NCBI GenBank assembly: GCA_002422365.1
Contig: DIUO01000010.1
Span: 2,739-66,738 of the forward strand
Direction of reading: 5' to 3'
DNA length: 64,000 bases
Origin: Proteobacteria bacterium UBA6156
Lineage (GTDB): Bacteria > Pseudomonadota > Alphaproteobacteria > UBA2136 > UBA6156
The position numbers were made by a program, and so were the translations under genes. The notes beneath the pieces were generated by a model. It saw nothing but the letters and a program-made list of their open reading frames with translations, ran no database searches and was not told the origin of the DNA. Position 1 is the stretch's first letter. Each line of letters opens with the position of its first letter. Below are positions 55,052-63,117 of the stretch, in pieces.

Positions 55052-55681
55052 ATGAACAGCGTCAACACCCCCGCCACCCAACCCGCCACCTTGCCCGTGG
55101 CCGAAAAAGCGCTCCTGCGCAGCATGTTCCGCCACCGCAGCCGGGTGATACCTGCCGACCTCGCCGCCACCACCAGCTTCAAAGCCGCCAACCTGGTGCG
55201 CACCGTGCTGGCCGGGCTGGGGCAGGGGGTCATCGCGCTCTATATTCCCCGTCGCGGAGAAGTCGACCTCACCCACCTCGCCGAAGACCTCTGGCAGGCA
55301 GGCCAAACCGTCTGCCTGCCGCGCGTGGTGCTGCGCGGCCACCCGCTGGTGTTTAATATATGGGAACCCCAAACCCGGCTGGAGCCCGACGCCCTCGGCC
55401 TGAAAGCCGCCACCGGAGACGAAATCACCCCTACCGTCATCGTCATGCCCATGGCGGGCTACAACCGGCAGGGCTACCGCCTGGGCAGCGGCGGCGGCTA
55501 TTACGACCACACCCTAGCCACCCTGCGCCAGCCCGTCACCACCATCGGCGTCAGCTATACCGAGCTTGAAATCCCCAGCTTCCCCGCTGAACCCCACGAC
55601 CACACGCTCTCCTACATCATCACGGGCAAAGAGGTCATCATCCCCACCCTCCTGGCCCCCGAAATCGTCCACACCATCTAA
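55052..55681 (+). CDS. 5-formyltetrahydrofolate cyclo-ligase
   Basis: AAGGGGG RBS. KALLRSMFRHR, and GYRLGSGGGYYD near the C-terminus. Confidence 0.85.
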   Translation: MNSVNTPATQPATLPVAEKALLRSMFRHRSRVIPADLAATTSFKAANLVRTVLAGLGQGVIALYIPRRGEVDLTHLAEDLWQAGQTVCLPRVVLRGHPLVFNIWEPQTRLEPDALGLKAATGDEITPTVIVMPMAGYNRQGYRLGSGGGYYDHTLATLRQPVTTIGVSYTELEIPSFPAEPHDHTLSYIITGKEVIIPTLLAPEIVHTI

Positions 55682-55699
55682 CTGCTCGAACCGAATCTC

Positions 55700-55786
55700 G
55701 CACCGTTTCCCGGGCTGCGGCGGGGTCAAATTTGGAACAAATTTGGGGCCCCCGCCCAGACCCGGGATCTCGAATATATAAGCACG
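55700..55786 (+). repeat. Family A hairpin element, copy A9
   Basis: Central stem CAAATTT-GGAAC-AAATTTG. Starts 19 nt after the stop at 55681. Confidence 0.8.
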
Positions 55787-55821
55787 ATCCCCCACCAACC
55801 CGGCCCCACCGCACTCACGGG

Positions 55822-55892
55822 CAACCGCGCCAGCCGGATGCTTTCCCCACATTTTAATGTGGTGGAAAGCACCGTGCCGGCGCAACCCTCCC
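55822..55892 (+). repeat. Family B repeat, copy B4 (internal hairpin module)
   Basis: CGCGCCAGCCGGATGCTTTCCCCACATTTTAATGTGGTGGAAAGCACCGTGCCGGCGCAACCC aligns with B1. The hairpin stem is compensated. Confidence 0.55.
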
Positions 55893-56011
55893 CAAAATGC
55901 TCGCACGTTGCTACGCCAGAATCTCAATAATCCATACACTTAACAACCCTAGGCAACCCCCGGTTGTCTTGGTAAAATACCGCAAATGTAAATCTTTCAT
56001 GGAGGAACCCC

Positions 56012-56176
56012 ATGACGCCCGTTCACGAGGACACGCCATCCAACAACGGTGGCGGCATCCTGAATATCCTGCTCATCCTCGTCACAGTGTTGCTGGTCTA
56101 TAAGGTCATCAACTATATCGACAAACCTTTGGCGACAGAAGACTTCCCAACGACGATTGAGGAACCGGCCAACTAA
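56012..56176 (+). CDS. small single-TM membrane protein (54 aa)
   Basis: GGAGGA sits 6 nt upstream. Hand translation gives MTPVHEDTPSNNGGGILNILLILVTVLLVYKVINYIDKPLATEDFPTTIEEPAN. Confidence 0.5.
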   Translation: MTPVHEDTPSNNGGGILNILLILVTVLLVYKVINYIDKPLATEDFPTTIEEPAN

Positions 56177-56221
56177 CCCCGTTCCTTGACAACCCATGGG
56201 GGGAGGCGACACACTCCCCCC

Positions 56222-57841
56222 ATGGCCGCCCCCCAAACACCCCGAAACGCACCTCTTCTCCAGGTTACCAACCTCACCGTAGCCACGGCCACCACGCCGC
56301 TGGTTCAGGGCGTCAGCTTTACCCTGAATAAGGGCGAAACGCTGGCGGTGGTCGGAGAATCCGGCAGCGGCAAAACCCTCACCGCCCTGGCCGTCATGGG
56401 GCTGCTGCCGCAGGGCCTCAGCATGCAGGCGCAGTCCCTCAGCTTCGCCGACAAAAACCTCCTCACCCTCACCACCCCCCAGCGCCGCGCTCTTCGTGGC
56501 AAACGCATGGCGATGATCTTCCAAGAACCCGCCACCGCCCTCAACCCCGTCCTCACATGCGGCTATCAGGTGGAAGAAGCCTTCCTCATTCACAGCCCCA
56601 AAATGACGAAAAAGCAGCGTAAAACCCGCGTCCTCAAACTCTTCGAGCAAGTCAAACTCCCCAACCCAGAAAGCATGTTCAGCGCCTATCCGCACCAAAT
56701 CTCCGGCGGCCAGCGCCAACGCGTGATGATCGCCATGGCCCTGGCCCACGGGCCAGAACTTCTGGTGGCCGACGAACCCACCACCGCACTCGATGTGACG
56801 GTGCAAGCCGAAATCATCAAATTGGTCAAAAGCCTGCAAAAAGAGCTCGGCATGGCCATGCTCTGGATAACCCACGACTTCGGCGTGGTGAAGCAACTGG
56901 CCGACACCACCATCGTCATGCAACAGGGCAAAATTGTCGAGGAAGGGCCCACCACCCAAATCCTCTCCAAGCCCAAACACGCCTACACCAAGCAACTCCT
57001 CGCCGCCACCCTCCAACTTAACCACCAACCTGTCTCACCTAAAACACCAAACTCCAAACCAGAAACACTCCTGCAAGCCACCAACCTCTCCCACACCTAC
57101 GCCGCCCGCAGCAGCTGGTTCAGCCGCACGCAGGGCACTCCCGCCCTCCAAAACGTCTCCTTCACCCTCAATGCCGGAGAAACCTTGGGCGTGGTCGGAG
57201 AATCCGGCAGCGGCAAATCCACTCTCGCCCGCGTCCTCACCCGCCTGAACGAAAGCAAGCACCCGCAAGGCAGCATCGTGTTTCTGGGTCAAAACGTATT
57301 GCACCTCAAAGGCGAAGCCCTCCGCCAAACCCGCAAAAATATGCAGATGGTCTTCCAAGACCCCGTCACTTCGCTCAACCCGCGCCTGCCCATCGGCCAG
57401 AGCATTTTAGAAGGGGTCGAGGCCCACAACACCCTGCCCAAAGCCCAACGCGCCGCCTATGTCGCCAAATTGCTGAAAGAAGTCGGCCTACCGTCCGACG
57501 CCGCCACCCGCCTGCCGCACCAGTTTTCCGGCGGCCAGCGCCAGCGCATCGCCATTGCCCGCGCCCTGGCCCTGCAACCCAAATTGGTGATTGCCGACGA
57601 ACCCGTCTCCGCGCTCGATGTCTCTGTCCAGTCCCAAATCCTCAAGCTGTTCCAAAGCATCCAAAAGGAGTACGCCACCGCCTTCGTCTTCATCAGCCAC
57701 GACCTCCGCGTCATCTCGCACCTCGCCCACAACGTGCTGGTCATGCACAACGGAGAAGTGGTCGAACAAGGCCCCACCACCCAAATCTTCAACACCCCCA
57801 AGCACCCCTACACCCAAAAACTCCTCAAAGCCGTCATCTAA
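56222..57841 (+). CDS. fused double ABC ATP-binding protein (oligopeptide/YejF-like)
   Basis: Two cassettes: Walker A GESGSGKT and GESGSGKS, signatures ISGGQRQR and [11 protein letters not shown] at 56222. Confidence 0.9.
   Translation: MAAPQTPRNAPLLQVTNLTVATATTPLVQGVSFTLNKGETLAVVGESGSGKTLTALAVMGLLPQGLSMQAQSLSFADKNLLTLTTPQRRALRGKRMAMIFQEPATALNPVLTCGYQVEEAFLIHSPKMTKKQRKTRVLKLFEQVKLPNPESMFSAYPHQISGGQRQRVMIAMALAHGPELLVADEPTTALDVTVQAEIIKLVKSLQKELGMAMLWITHDFGVVKQLADTTIVMQQGKIVEEGPTTQILSKPKHAYTKQLLAATLQLNHQPVSPKTPNSKPETLLQATNLSHTYAARSSWFSRTQGTPALQNVSFTLNAGETLGVVGESGSGKSTLARVLTRLNESKHPQGSIVFLGQNVLHLKGEALRQTRKNMQMVFQDPVTSLNPRLPIGQSILEGVEAHNTLPKAQRAAYVAKLLKEVGLPSDAATRLPHQFSGGQRQRIAIARALALQPKLVIADEPVSALDVSVQSQILKLFQSIQKEYATAFVFISHDLRVISHLAHNVLVMHNGEVVEQGPTTQIFNTPKHPYTQKLLKAVI
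57041..57069 (+). repeat. Family D-like CA-rich tract in the inter-cassette linker (D9)
   Basis: AAAACACCAAACTCCAAACCAGAAACACT, read in frame within [11 protein letters not shown]. Confidence 0.4.
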
Positions 57842-57846
57842 CCCAC

Positions 57847-57879
57847 AAAAAAAGCGGGCAGGGGCCGAAGCCCCTACCC
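57847..57879 (-). terminator. Rho-independent terminator (minus strand)
   Basis: The minus strand reads GGGTAGGGGC-TTCG-GCCCCTGCCC, then GCTTTTTTT. Confidence 0.55.
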
Positions 57880-57885
57880 AAGTCG

Positions 57886-58062
57886 TCAACCCGCCCGGAC
57901 GACGGCGCGGATGCGCCGCCCGTCCTGGTGCAGGAGGTGGGCCCCCTCCAGCAGGAGGAGTCCGAGCGCGGCCACCAAGGCCGCAAAAATTCCGTCCAGC
58001 GGCCATATGGCCGCGGTCAGGAATGCTGCTAAAATCGAGGCGGCAAAAAGGACGTACTTCAT
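57886..58062 (-). CDS. small two-TM membrane protein (58 aa)
   Basis: ATG at 58062 with GGGAG RBS. MKYVLFAASILAAFLTAAIWPLDGIFAALVAALGLLLLEG.... A terminator lies immediately downstream. Confidence 0.45.
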   Translation of the reverse strand: MKYVLFAASILAAFLTAAIWPLDGIFAALVAALGLLLLEGAHLLHQDGRRIRAVVRAG

Positions 58063-58204
58063 AAGAGTAACTCCCAACCCACGAAAGGCGCACAGCATTC
58101 AGGCCACCATTGGCCCGACCAAACGCGTAAAGTGCACCTTTCAGCTAACTCTTTATAACCTAACCCACCACCAGGGGGCCTGACACCCTAAATCTTCCCC
58201 AACA

Positions 58205-58327
58205 ACCCGGCCCCACAGCCCAAGCGGGAAACCGTGCCTTGGGGTCAGGTTTTCCAAAAAATCCCATTTTTTGAGAAAACCTCCCACCAGGCACCACCCC
58301 TACCCATCTCAAGCACTTCCTGTAAAT
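58205..58327 (+). repeat. Family B repeat, copy B5 (full length)
   Basis: ACCCGGCCCCA..., AAACCGTGCC, hairpin GGTTTTCCAAAAAATCCCATTTTTTGAGAAAACC, CCTCCCACCAGGCACCACCCCTACCC, GCACTTCCTGTAAAT. Confidence 0.6.
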
Positions 58328-58340
58328 CAAGGGTTAAAAC

Positions 58341-58658
58341 CTAAAACCCATCTGCAAGTTTCTTCTCAAGTTCCCACTGTAAGTCGCTCCATGCAGGGTT
58401 AAATCCTTCGACCAAAGCCACTTTCCATTCTCGTTTCCACCCTTTTATCTTCTCCTCTCGCACCCGCGCCGCCGTATAATCATCCCAAATTTCATAATAC
58501 ACCAAATGCCGCGCCTTATATTTTCTGGCCCATACAGAACCTCCGTCCCTCACCCCCGCGTGTTGCAAAGCCCGGCCTGGTATATCCCCGCTCATCCCCG
58601 TATAAATGGCTCCCTCCCTGGGCCTGCTGCACATCAGGTAAATGCCATAACGCTTCAT
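58341..58658 (-). CDS. GIY-YIG nuclease family protein (small, URI domain only)
   Basis: GIYLMCS...IYTGMSGDI, LVYYEIW, REEKIKGWKREWKVALVEGFNPAWSDL. Its start abuts the radC stop. Confidence 0.8.
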   Translation of the reverse strand: MKRYGIYLMCSRPREGAIYTGMSGDIPGRALQHAGVRDGGSVWARKYKARHLVYYEIWDDYTAARVREEKIKGWKREWKVALVEGFNPAWSDLQWELEKKLADGF

Positions 58659-59336
58659 TTATAATTTCCCAGACCCCCGGAAAGAATAGTGATTCTCCGC
58701 CCCCACAATCACATGGTCGTGCATTTCCACCCCCAGCGCCGCCGCAGCCTGCACCAGCTGCATCGTGAACATCTCATCCGCCGCACTCGGCGTGGGGTTG
58801 CCGCTGGGGTGGTTGTGCACCACCAGCACACCTGCGGCGTTCAGCTCCAGCGCGCGCTTTAAAATCTCGCGCGGGCTGGCGCTCACCTCGTTCAGCGTGC
58901 CCGCAAAAAGCATCTCGTCGGCCACCAGCTTCATTGTGTTGTCCACATACAGGGCATGGAATTCCTCGCGCCCGCAACTGGCAAACTTGGTGTAAAGGTA
59001 ATCCATCAGCTCCAGCCGCCCGGCCAGCACGGGCTGGCCCACCAGTTTCTCGCGCCGCACGCGCAGCGCCAGCTGCTGCACCACTTGTATAAACACCACC
59101 GACGACGGCCCCAACCCCTTAATCGCCAGCAACTGCTCCGGCGTGGCGGTCAGCACCCCACTCAAACTGCCGAATATCCGCAGCAATTCTTTGGCCAGGG
59201 GCTTCACGTCGCGGCGGGGGATGGCAAAGGTCAGCGCCAGCTCCAGCAGCTCATAATCGGCCACACCGGCCCCTTGCGTGCCGCTAAACCGCGCCTTCAA
59301 CCTCTCGCGGTGCCCACCGTTACCATGCTCATCCAT
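58659..59336 (-). CDS. radC: RadC-family JAMM-motif protein
   Basis: HhH N-terminus and HNHPSGNPTPSAADEMFT. Confidence 0.9.
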   Translation of the reverse strand: MDEHGNGGHRERLKARFSGTQGAGVADYELLELALTFAIPRRDVKPLAKELLRIFGSLSGVLTATPEQLLAIKGLGPSSVVFIQVVQQLALRVRREKLVGQPVLAGRLELMDYLYTKFASCGREEFHALYVDNTMKLVADEMLFAGTLNEVSASPREILKRALELNAAGVLVVHNHPSGNPTPSAADEMFTMQLVQAAAALGVEMHDHVIVGAENHYSFRGSGKL

Positions 59337-59418
59337 TAAGCGCAGCCTATCAGAAACAATCCATTCCCCAAGTAAAAAAAGAAGGGCGCAGCCCTCCTAA
59401 TCCCCAATCCCTAACCCC

Positions 59419-60204
59419 CTACACATAAGGCGGCTGCGTATACCCCATCGGCGAAAGCGTAAGTATCTCCACCCCATCCTCAGTCACCGCCACACTGTGC
59501 TCAAATTGGGCACTTAAACCGCCGTCCGCCGTCTTCACCGTCCAGCCGTCATCTTCGGTAAAGGTGCGCCAGGTGCCGGTGTTCACCATTGGCTCCACCG
59601 TAAAGGTCACGCCTTTACGCAGCAGCGGGGCTTTGGGGTTGTGGGTGGCGTAGTGCAGCACCATCGGGTCTTCATGGAAGCGCCTGCCCAGCCCATGCCC
59701 GCAATATTCCCGCACTACCCCATAGCCATAGGGGTTGGTGTGGGCTTCAATCGCGTTGCCAATCTCATTCAGCGGCAGGCCGCTCTTAATCACGTTTATC
59801 CCCGCCATCATCGCTTCATAGGTCACGCGGGTAAGCTTTTTGGCGGTTTCGCTCACATTCCCCACCCAATACATCCGGCTGGTGTCGCCATAAAAGCCGT
59901 CCACAATCACCGTCACGTCAATGTTCAGAATATCGCCGTCGGTCAAAACCGTCTTGGCGTCCGGTATGCCGTGGCACACCACGTCGTTGATACTGATACA
60001 GCTGCCGTGCCGATAGCCCTTATATCCAATGGTCGCGCTTTTCGCGCCGTTCTGAACAATAAACGCTTCAATTTTAGCGTTAATATCCAGCGTGTTGGCA
60101 CCTTCCACCACAAAGGGCGTAATATAATCCAGCACCATCGCCGCCATGCGCCCCGCCGCCCGCATTTTCTGCAGTTCAACACTGTTTTTAGGCACCATTT
60201 TCAT
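59419..60204 (-). CDS. map: type I methionine aminopeptidase
   Basis: VCHGIP, DIDVTVIVDGFYGDTS, HGLGRRFHE, EPMV, EHSVAVT. A GTG at 60207 is an alternative start. Confidence 0.95.
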   Translation of the reverse strand: MKMVPKNSVELQKMRAAGRMAAMVLDYITPFVVEGANTLDINAKIEAFIVQNGAKSATIGYKGYRHGSCISINDVVCHGIPDAKTVLTDGDILNIDVTVIVDGFYGDTSRMYWVGNVSETAKKLTRVTYEAMMAGINVIKSGLPLNEIGNAIEAHTNPYGYGVVREYCGHGLGRRFHEDPMVLHYATHNPKAPLLRKGVTFTVEPMVNTGTWRTFTEDDGWTVKTADGGLSAQFEHSVAVTEDGVEILTLSPMGYTQPPYV

Positions 60205-60261
60205 CACAAAATCCTAATATCAATCACTTATTCTGCCAACTACCTACTGACAACTCCCCAC

Positions 60262-60951
60262 TCAAACCACAACCGGCAGTGTCCGGTCAACCGTAATGCC
60301 ATGCGGGCTTAGGCTGCACCCCAGCGCCACCACCTGCACACCCGCCGCTACCGCCGCCCGCAGCGCGGTGCCATAGGCCGGGTCTATCTCATCCGCAGGC
60401 CGCACTTCGGTGCAATCCGCCCGCTGCACCATATACACCTGCATGGCGCTGCCACCGCGCTCCACAATCCCCTGCAACTCGCGCAAATGCTTGGCCCCGC
60501 GCTCGGTCACGGCGTCCGGGAACAACGCCACGCCCCCCTCTGCCAACGTCACATTCTTCACTTCAACCCACGTCTCCCCCACCTTCAGGTCAAACCGCGT
60601 CTTGGCGTCAAATTTCACCTCCATCCGGGCTTCACCTTCCATACCCGGCACAATACCGGCGGCAAAAGCCCCAAAAGCCAGCTTATTCGGCAACTGCGTA
60701 TTAATCCCCACCAGCGTGCCATCCGCCATTTCCAGCATTTCGGCACCAAACAACAACTTCCGCCCGCTGTCGGCAGGGTAGGGGGTCACCCATACGGCTT
60801 TGGCGTCCAGCAACCCGCGCATGCTGCCGGTGTTGGCGCAGTGGGCAATCTGCCCGTCTTGGCAGCCGTAAATAAAAAACCGCTTCTCGCGCCGCCCAAA
60901 ATCCCACCGCACCAGCGGCACCTTAAAATCCAATGTAAAAGCCTTGCTCAT
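60262..60951 (-). CDS. sfsA: sugar fermentation stimulation protein SfsA-like nuclease
   Basis: ATG at 60951. RFFIYGCQDGQIAHCANTGSM, EVKNVTL, FPDAVTERGAKHLREL. Confidence 0.85.
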   Translation of the reverse strand: MSKAFTLDFKVPLVRWDFGRREKRFFIYGCQDGQIAHCANTGSMRGLLDAKAVWVTPYPADSGRKLLFGAEMLEMADGTLVGINTQLPNKLAFGAFAAGIVPGMEGEARMEVKFDAKTRFDLKVGETWVEVKNVTLAEGGVALFPDAVTERGAKHLRELQGIVERGGSAMQVYMVQRADCTEVRPADEIDPAYGTALRAAVAAGVQVVALGCSLSPHGITVDRTLPVVV

Positions 60952-60963
60952 AGCCAACCCTAC

Positions 60964-61002
60964 CACAAAACACTAGACACTAAACACCAAACACGAAACA
61001 CT
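60964..61002 (+). repeat. Family D CA-rich microsatellite (D10)
   Basis: CACAAAACACTAGACACTAAACACCAAACACGAAACACT ends 5 nt before the ATG at 61008. Confidence 0.65.
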
Positions 61003-61007
61003 AGCGC

Positions 61008-61820
61008 ATGGCCCCCCGCAAACTCCTCGTCTTCGACCTCGAAACCGTGCCCGACATGGCCCTCGCGCGCCAACTCTGGCCAGAAGAAACCGCAGGTTTG
61101 TCCGACCTCGACACCGTCGAATTCATCTACGCGCACCACCGCAAGGCCAGCAGCACGGGGAGCGACTTCCCCCGCCCATCCTTCCACAAAATCGTCGCCA
61201 TCGGCTGTTTGTTGGCCGATATCGAATACGAAAACAACACCGAAACCTACCACTTCCGCAAAGTGGGGTGTATAGGAGAAGAAACCGACGACGAAGCCAC
61301 CCTGCTGCAAAAATTCTTCGACTTCGGCGCGCGCGAGCAACTACGCCTCGTCAGCTTCAACGGCCTGGGCTTCGACATCCCCGTGCTCAAGCTCCGCGCC
61401 CTCCGCCACCATATTCCGGCCAAATGGTTCATGAACCACCTGTTCAGCAAATGGGATAACTACCACACCAAAAACGCGCTTACCTACCATGCCGACCTCG
61501 CCGAAATGTTCGGCTCCTACCGCGCCATGCCGAAGCTGGACGAAGTCTGCACCCTCGCAGGCCTGCCGGGTAAACTCGATGTCTCCGGCGCCAAAGTCTA
61601 CGAAATGCACCTCAGCGGCAACATGCAGGGCATCCGCGACTACTGCGAAACCGACGTGCTCAACACCTACCTCCTCTACCTCTACCACCAGCACCTCGGC
61701 GGAATTCTCCCAACGGAAATCCTCCACGACGAGTTCGAAAAAGTCCGCGAGCGCCTCGCCACCGAAGGCCCCAAACGCCCCCACCTCACCCAATTCCTAG
61801 AAGCCTGGAATAAAGAATAA
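61008..61820 (+). CDS. DnaQ/PolB-exonuclease-like 3'-5' exonuclease (RNase H fold)
   Basis: LLVFDLETVPD (ExoI), LVSFNGLGFDIPVL (ExoII), YCETDVLNTYLLYL (ExoIII). Confidence 0.75.
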   Translation: MAPRKLLVFDLETVPDMALARQLWPEETAGLSDLDTVEFIYAHHRKASSTGSDFPRPSFHKIVAIGCLLADIEYENNTETYHFRKVGCIGEETDDEATLLQKFFDFGAREQLRLVSFNGLGFDIPVLKLRALRHHIPAKWFMNHLFSKWDNYHTKNALTYHADLAEMFGSYRAMPKLDEVCTLAGLPGKLDVSGAKVYEMHLSGNMQGIRDYCETDVLNTYLLYLYHQHLGGILPTEILHDEFEKVRERLATEGPKRPHLTQFLEAWNKE

Positions 61821-61849
61821 TGGTAAGATTAAGTTTCAAAATAAGCCAC

Positions 61850-61980
61850 CAAACAGTGGGGTTGTGTCACCCCGGAAGCTTAGCGGGTGGCTTAAATGGG
61901 GTAGGGGCCCCCTTTAAGCCGGGACCCGCTAGCTATCCGGGGCCCACCCCCGCCGGGAGGCCCGCCGGAGGCTTAATATC
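61850..61980. repeat. Family C GC-rich nested hairpin element (C2)
   Basis: TAGCGGGT[GGCTTAAATGGGGTAGGGGCCCCCTTTAAGCC]GGGACCCGCTA. The apical GGGGTAGGGGCCCCC is shared with C3 and C4. Confidence 0.5.
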
Positions 61981-62007
61981 CCTTGAATTGCACGACTATT
62001 GATAAAA

Positions 62008-62059
62008 TAAAAACAAACTCAACATTGAAAACAGACCACTGAACACGGAAACACTGAAC
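62008..62059 (+). repeat. Family D-like CA-rich tract (D11)
   Basis: TAAAAACAAACTCAACATTGAAAACAGACCACTGAACACGGAAACACTGAAC runs right up to the ATG at 62060. Confidence 0.5.
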
Positions 62060-62794
62060 ATGAACCCCACCGCCTCCATCCTCATCATCGGCAACGAAAT
62101 CCTCTCCGGCCGCACCGTCGACACCAACATCAACCACATCGCCCGCCGCCTGACCGACCTCGGCATCACCCTGACAGAAGTCCGCATCGTGCGCGACCGC
62201 GAAGCCGAAATCATCGCCGCCACCAACGCCCTGCGCAGCACTTACAGCTATGTGTTCACCACCGGCGGCATCGGCCCCACACACGACGACATCACCATCC
62301 CCAGCATCGCCAAAGCCTTTGGCGTGGCGGTGGAGCGTAACCTGCAGGTAGAGAGCAAACTACGCGAGTACTACGCCGCCCGCGCCACCGCCGCCAGTAT
62401 GCGGATGGCCGACTTCCCCGCAGGCGCCCGCGTGGTGTGGCACGGAGAACACTTCGCACCCGGCTGTATCATGGAGAACGTCATCATCCTCGCAGGCCAA
62501 CCGCGGAATATGCAAGTAATGCTCGAAGCCGCGCTCCCCATGCTCCAGCAAGGCCAGCCCATGCACAGCAGGCAAATAGATGCCTGGGTGTTCGAAAGCC
62601 AAATCGCCGAAGGCCTGGAATCCGTCCAGAACCGCTTCCCGGAGGTCGACATCGGCAGCTACCCCTACCGCATAGAAGGCCGCGCCGGCACCGCCCTGGT
62701 GGCCCGCGGAGCCGACGCCACCAAGGTCGAAGCCGCCTTCGCCGCCATCACCGCGCTCCTGGAAGACCAAGGAGCCGACATCCGCGCCGCGTAA
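62060..62794 (+). CDS. CinA-like molybdopterin-binding (MoCF_biosynth) domain protein
   Basis: ILIIGNEILSGRTVDTNINHIARRL, FTTGGIGPTHDDIT. Confidence 0.8.
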   Translation: MNPTASILIIGNEILSGRTVDTNINHIARRLTDLGITLTEVRIVRDREAEIIAATNALRSTYSYVFTTGGIGPTHDDITIPSIAKAFGVAVERNLQVESKLREYYAARATAASMRMADFPAGARVVWHGEHFAPGCIMENVIILAGQPRNMQVMLEAALPMLQQGQPMHSRQIDAWVFESQIAEGLESVQNRFPEVDIGSYPYRIEGRAGTALVARGADATKVEAAFAAITALLEDQGADIRAA

Positions 62795-62799
62795 GTAAA

Positions 62800-63096
62800 A
62801 TGGATTATCATTATATCGTCTATTTGCTTGCCAGCGGCCCGTGCGGCTACCTCTATGTGGGTATTACCGATAACATTCTACGCCGTATGCACGAACATCA
62901 AACCTTCGCGAATCCCCATTGCCATACAGCTCGCTATAATATTGTAAACTTGGTGTATTACGAAGTTTTCTCCAACGTAATGGAAGCCATAAAGCGAAAA
63001 AAACATCTCAAAAAATGGCGCCGTAACTGGAAGTTTAATCTGGTTGAAAAAACCAACCCAACCTGGCAAGACCTTACCCCATCGCTGCAAATCTAG
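62800..63096 (+). CDS. GIY-YIG nuclease family protein (small)
   Basis: ATG at 62800. YIVYLLAS...YLYVGITDNI, LVYYEVF, KRKKHLKKWRRNWKFNLVEKTNPTWQDL. AT-rich. Confidence 0.8.
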   Translation: MDYHYIVYLLASGPCGYLYVGITDNILRRMHEHQTFANPHCHTARYNIVNLVYYEVFSNVMEAIKRKKHLKKWRRNWKFNLVEKTNPTWQDLTPSLQI

Positions 63097-63117
63097 CCTC
63101 CTAACCCTTGGGCACCG

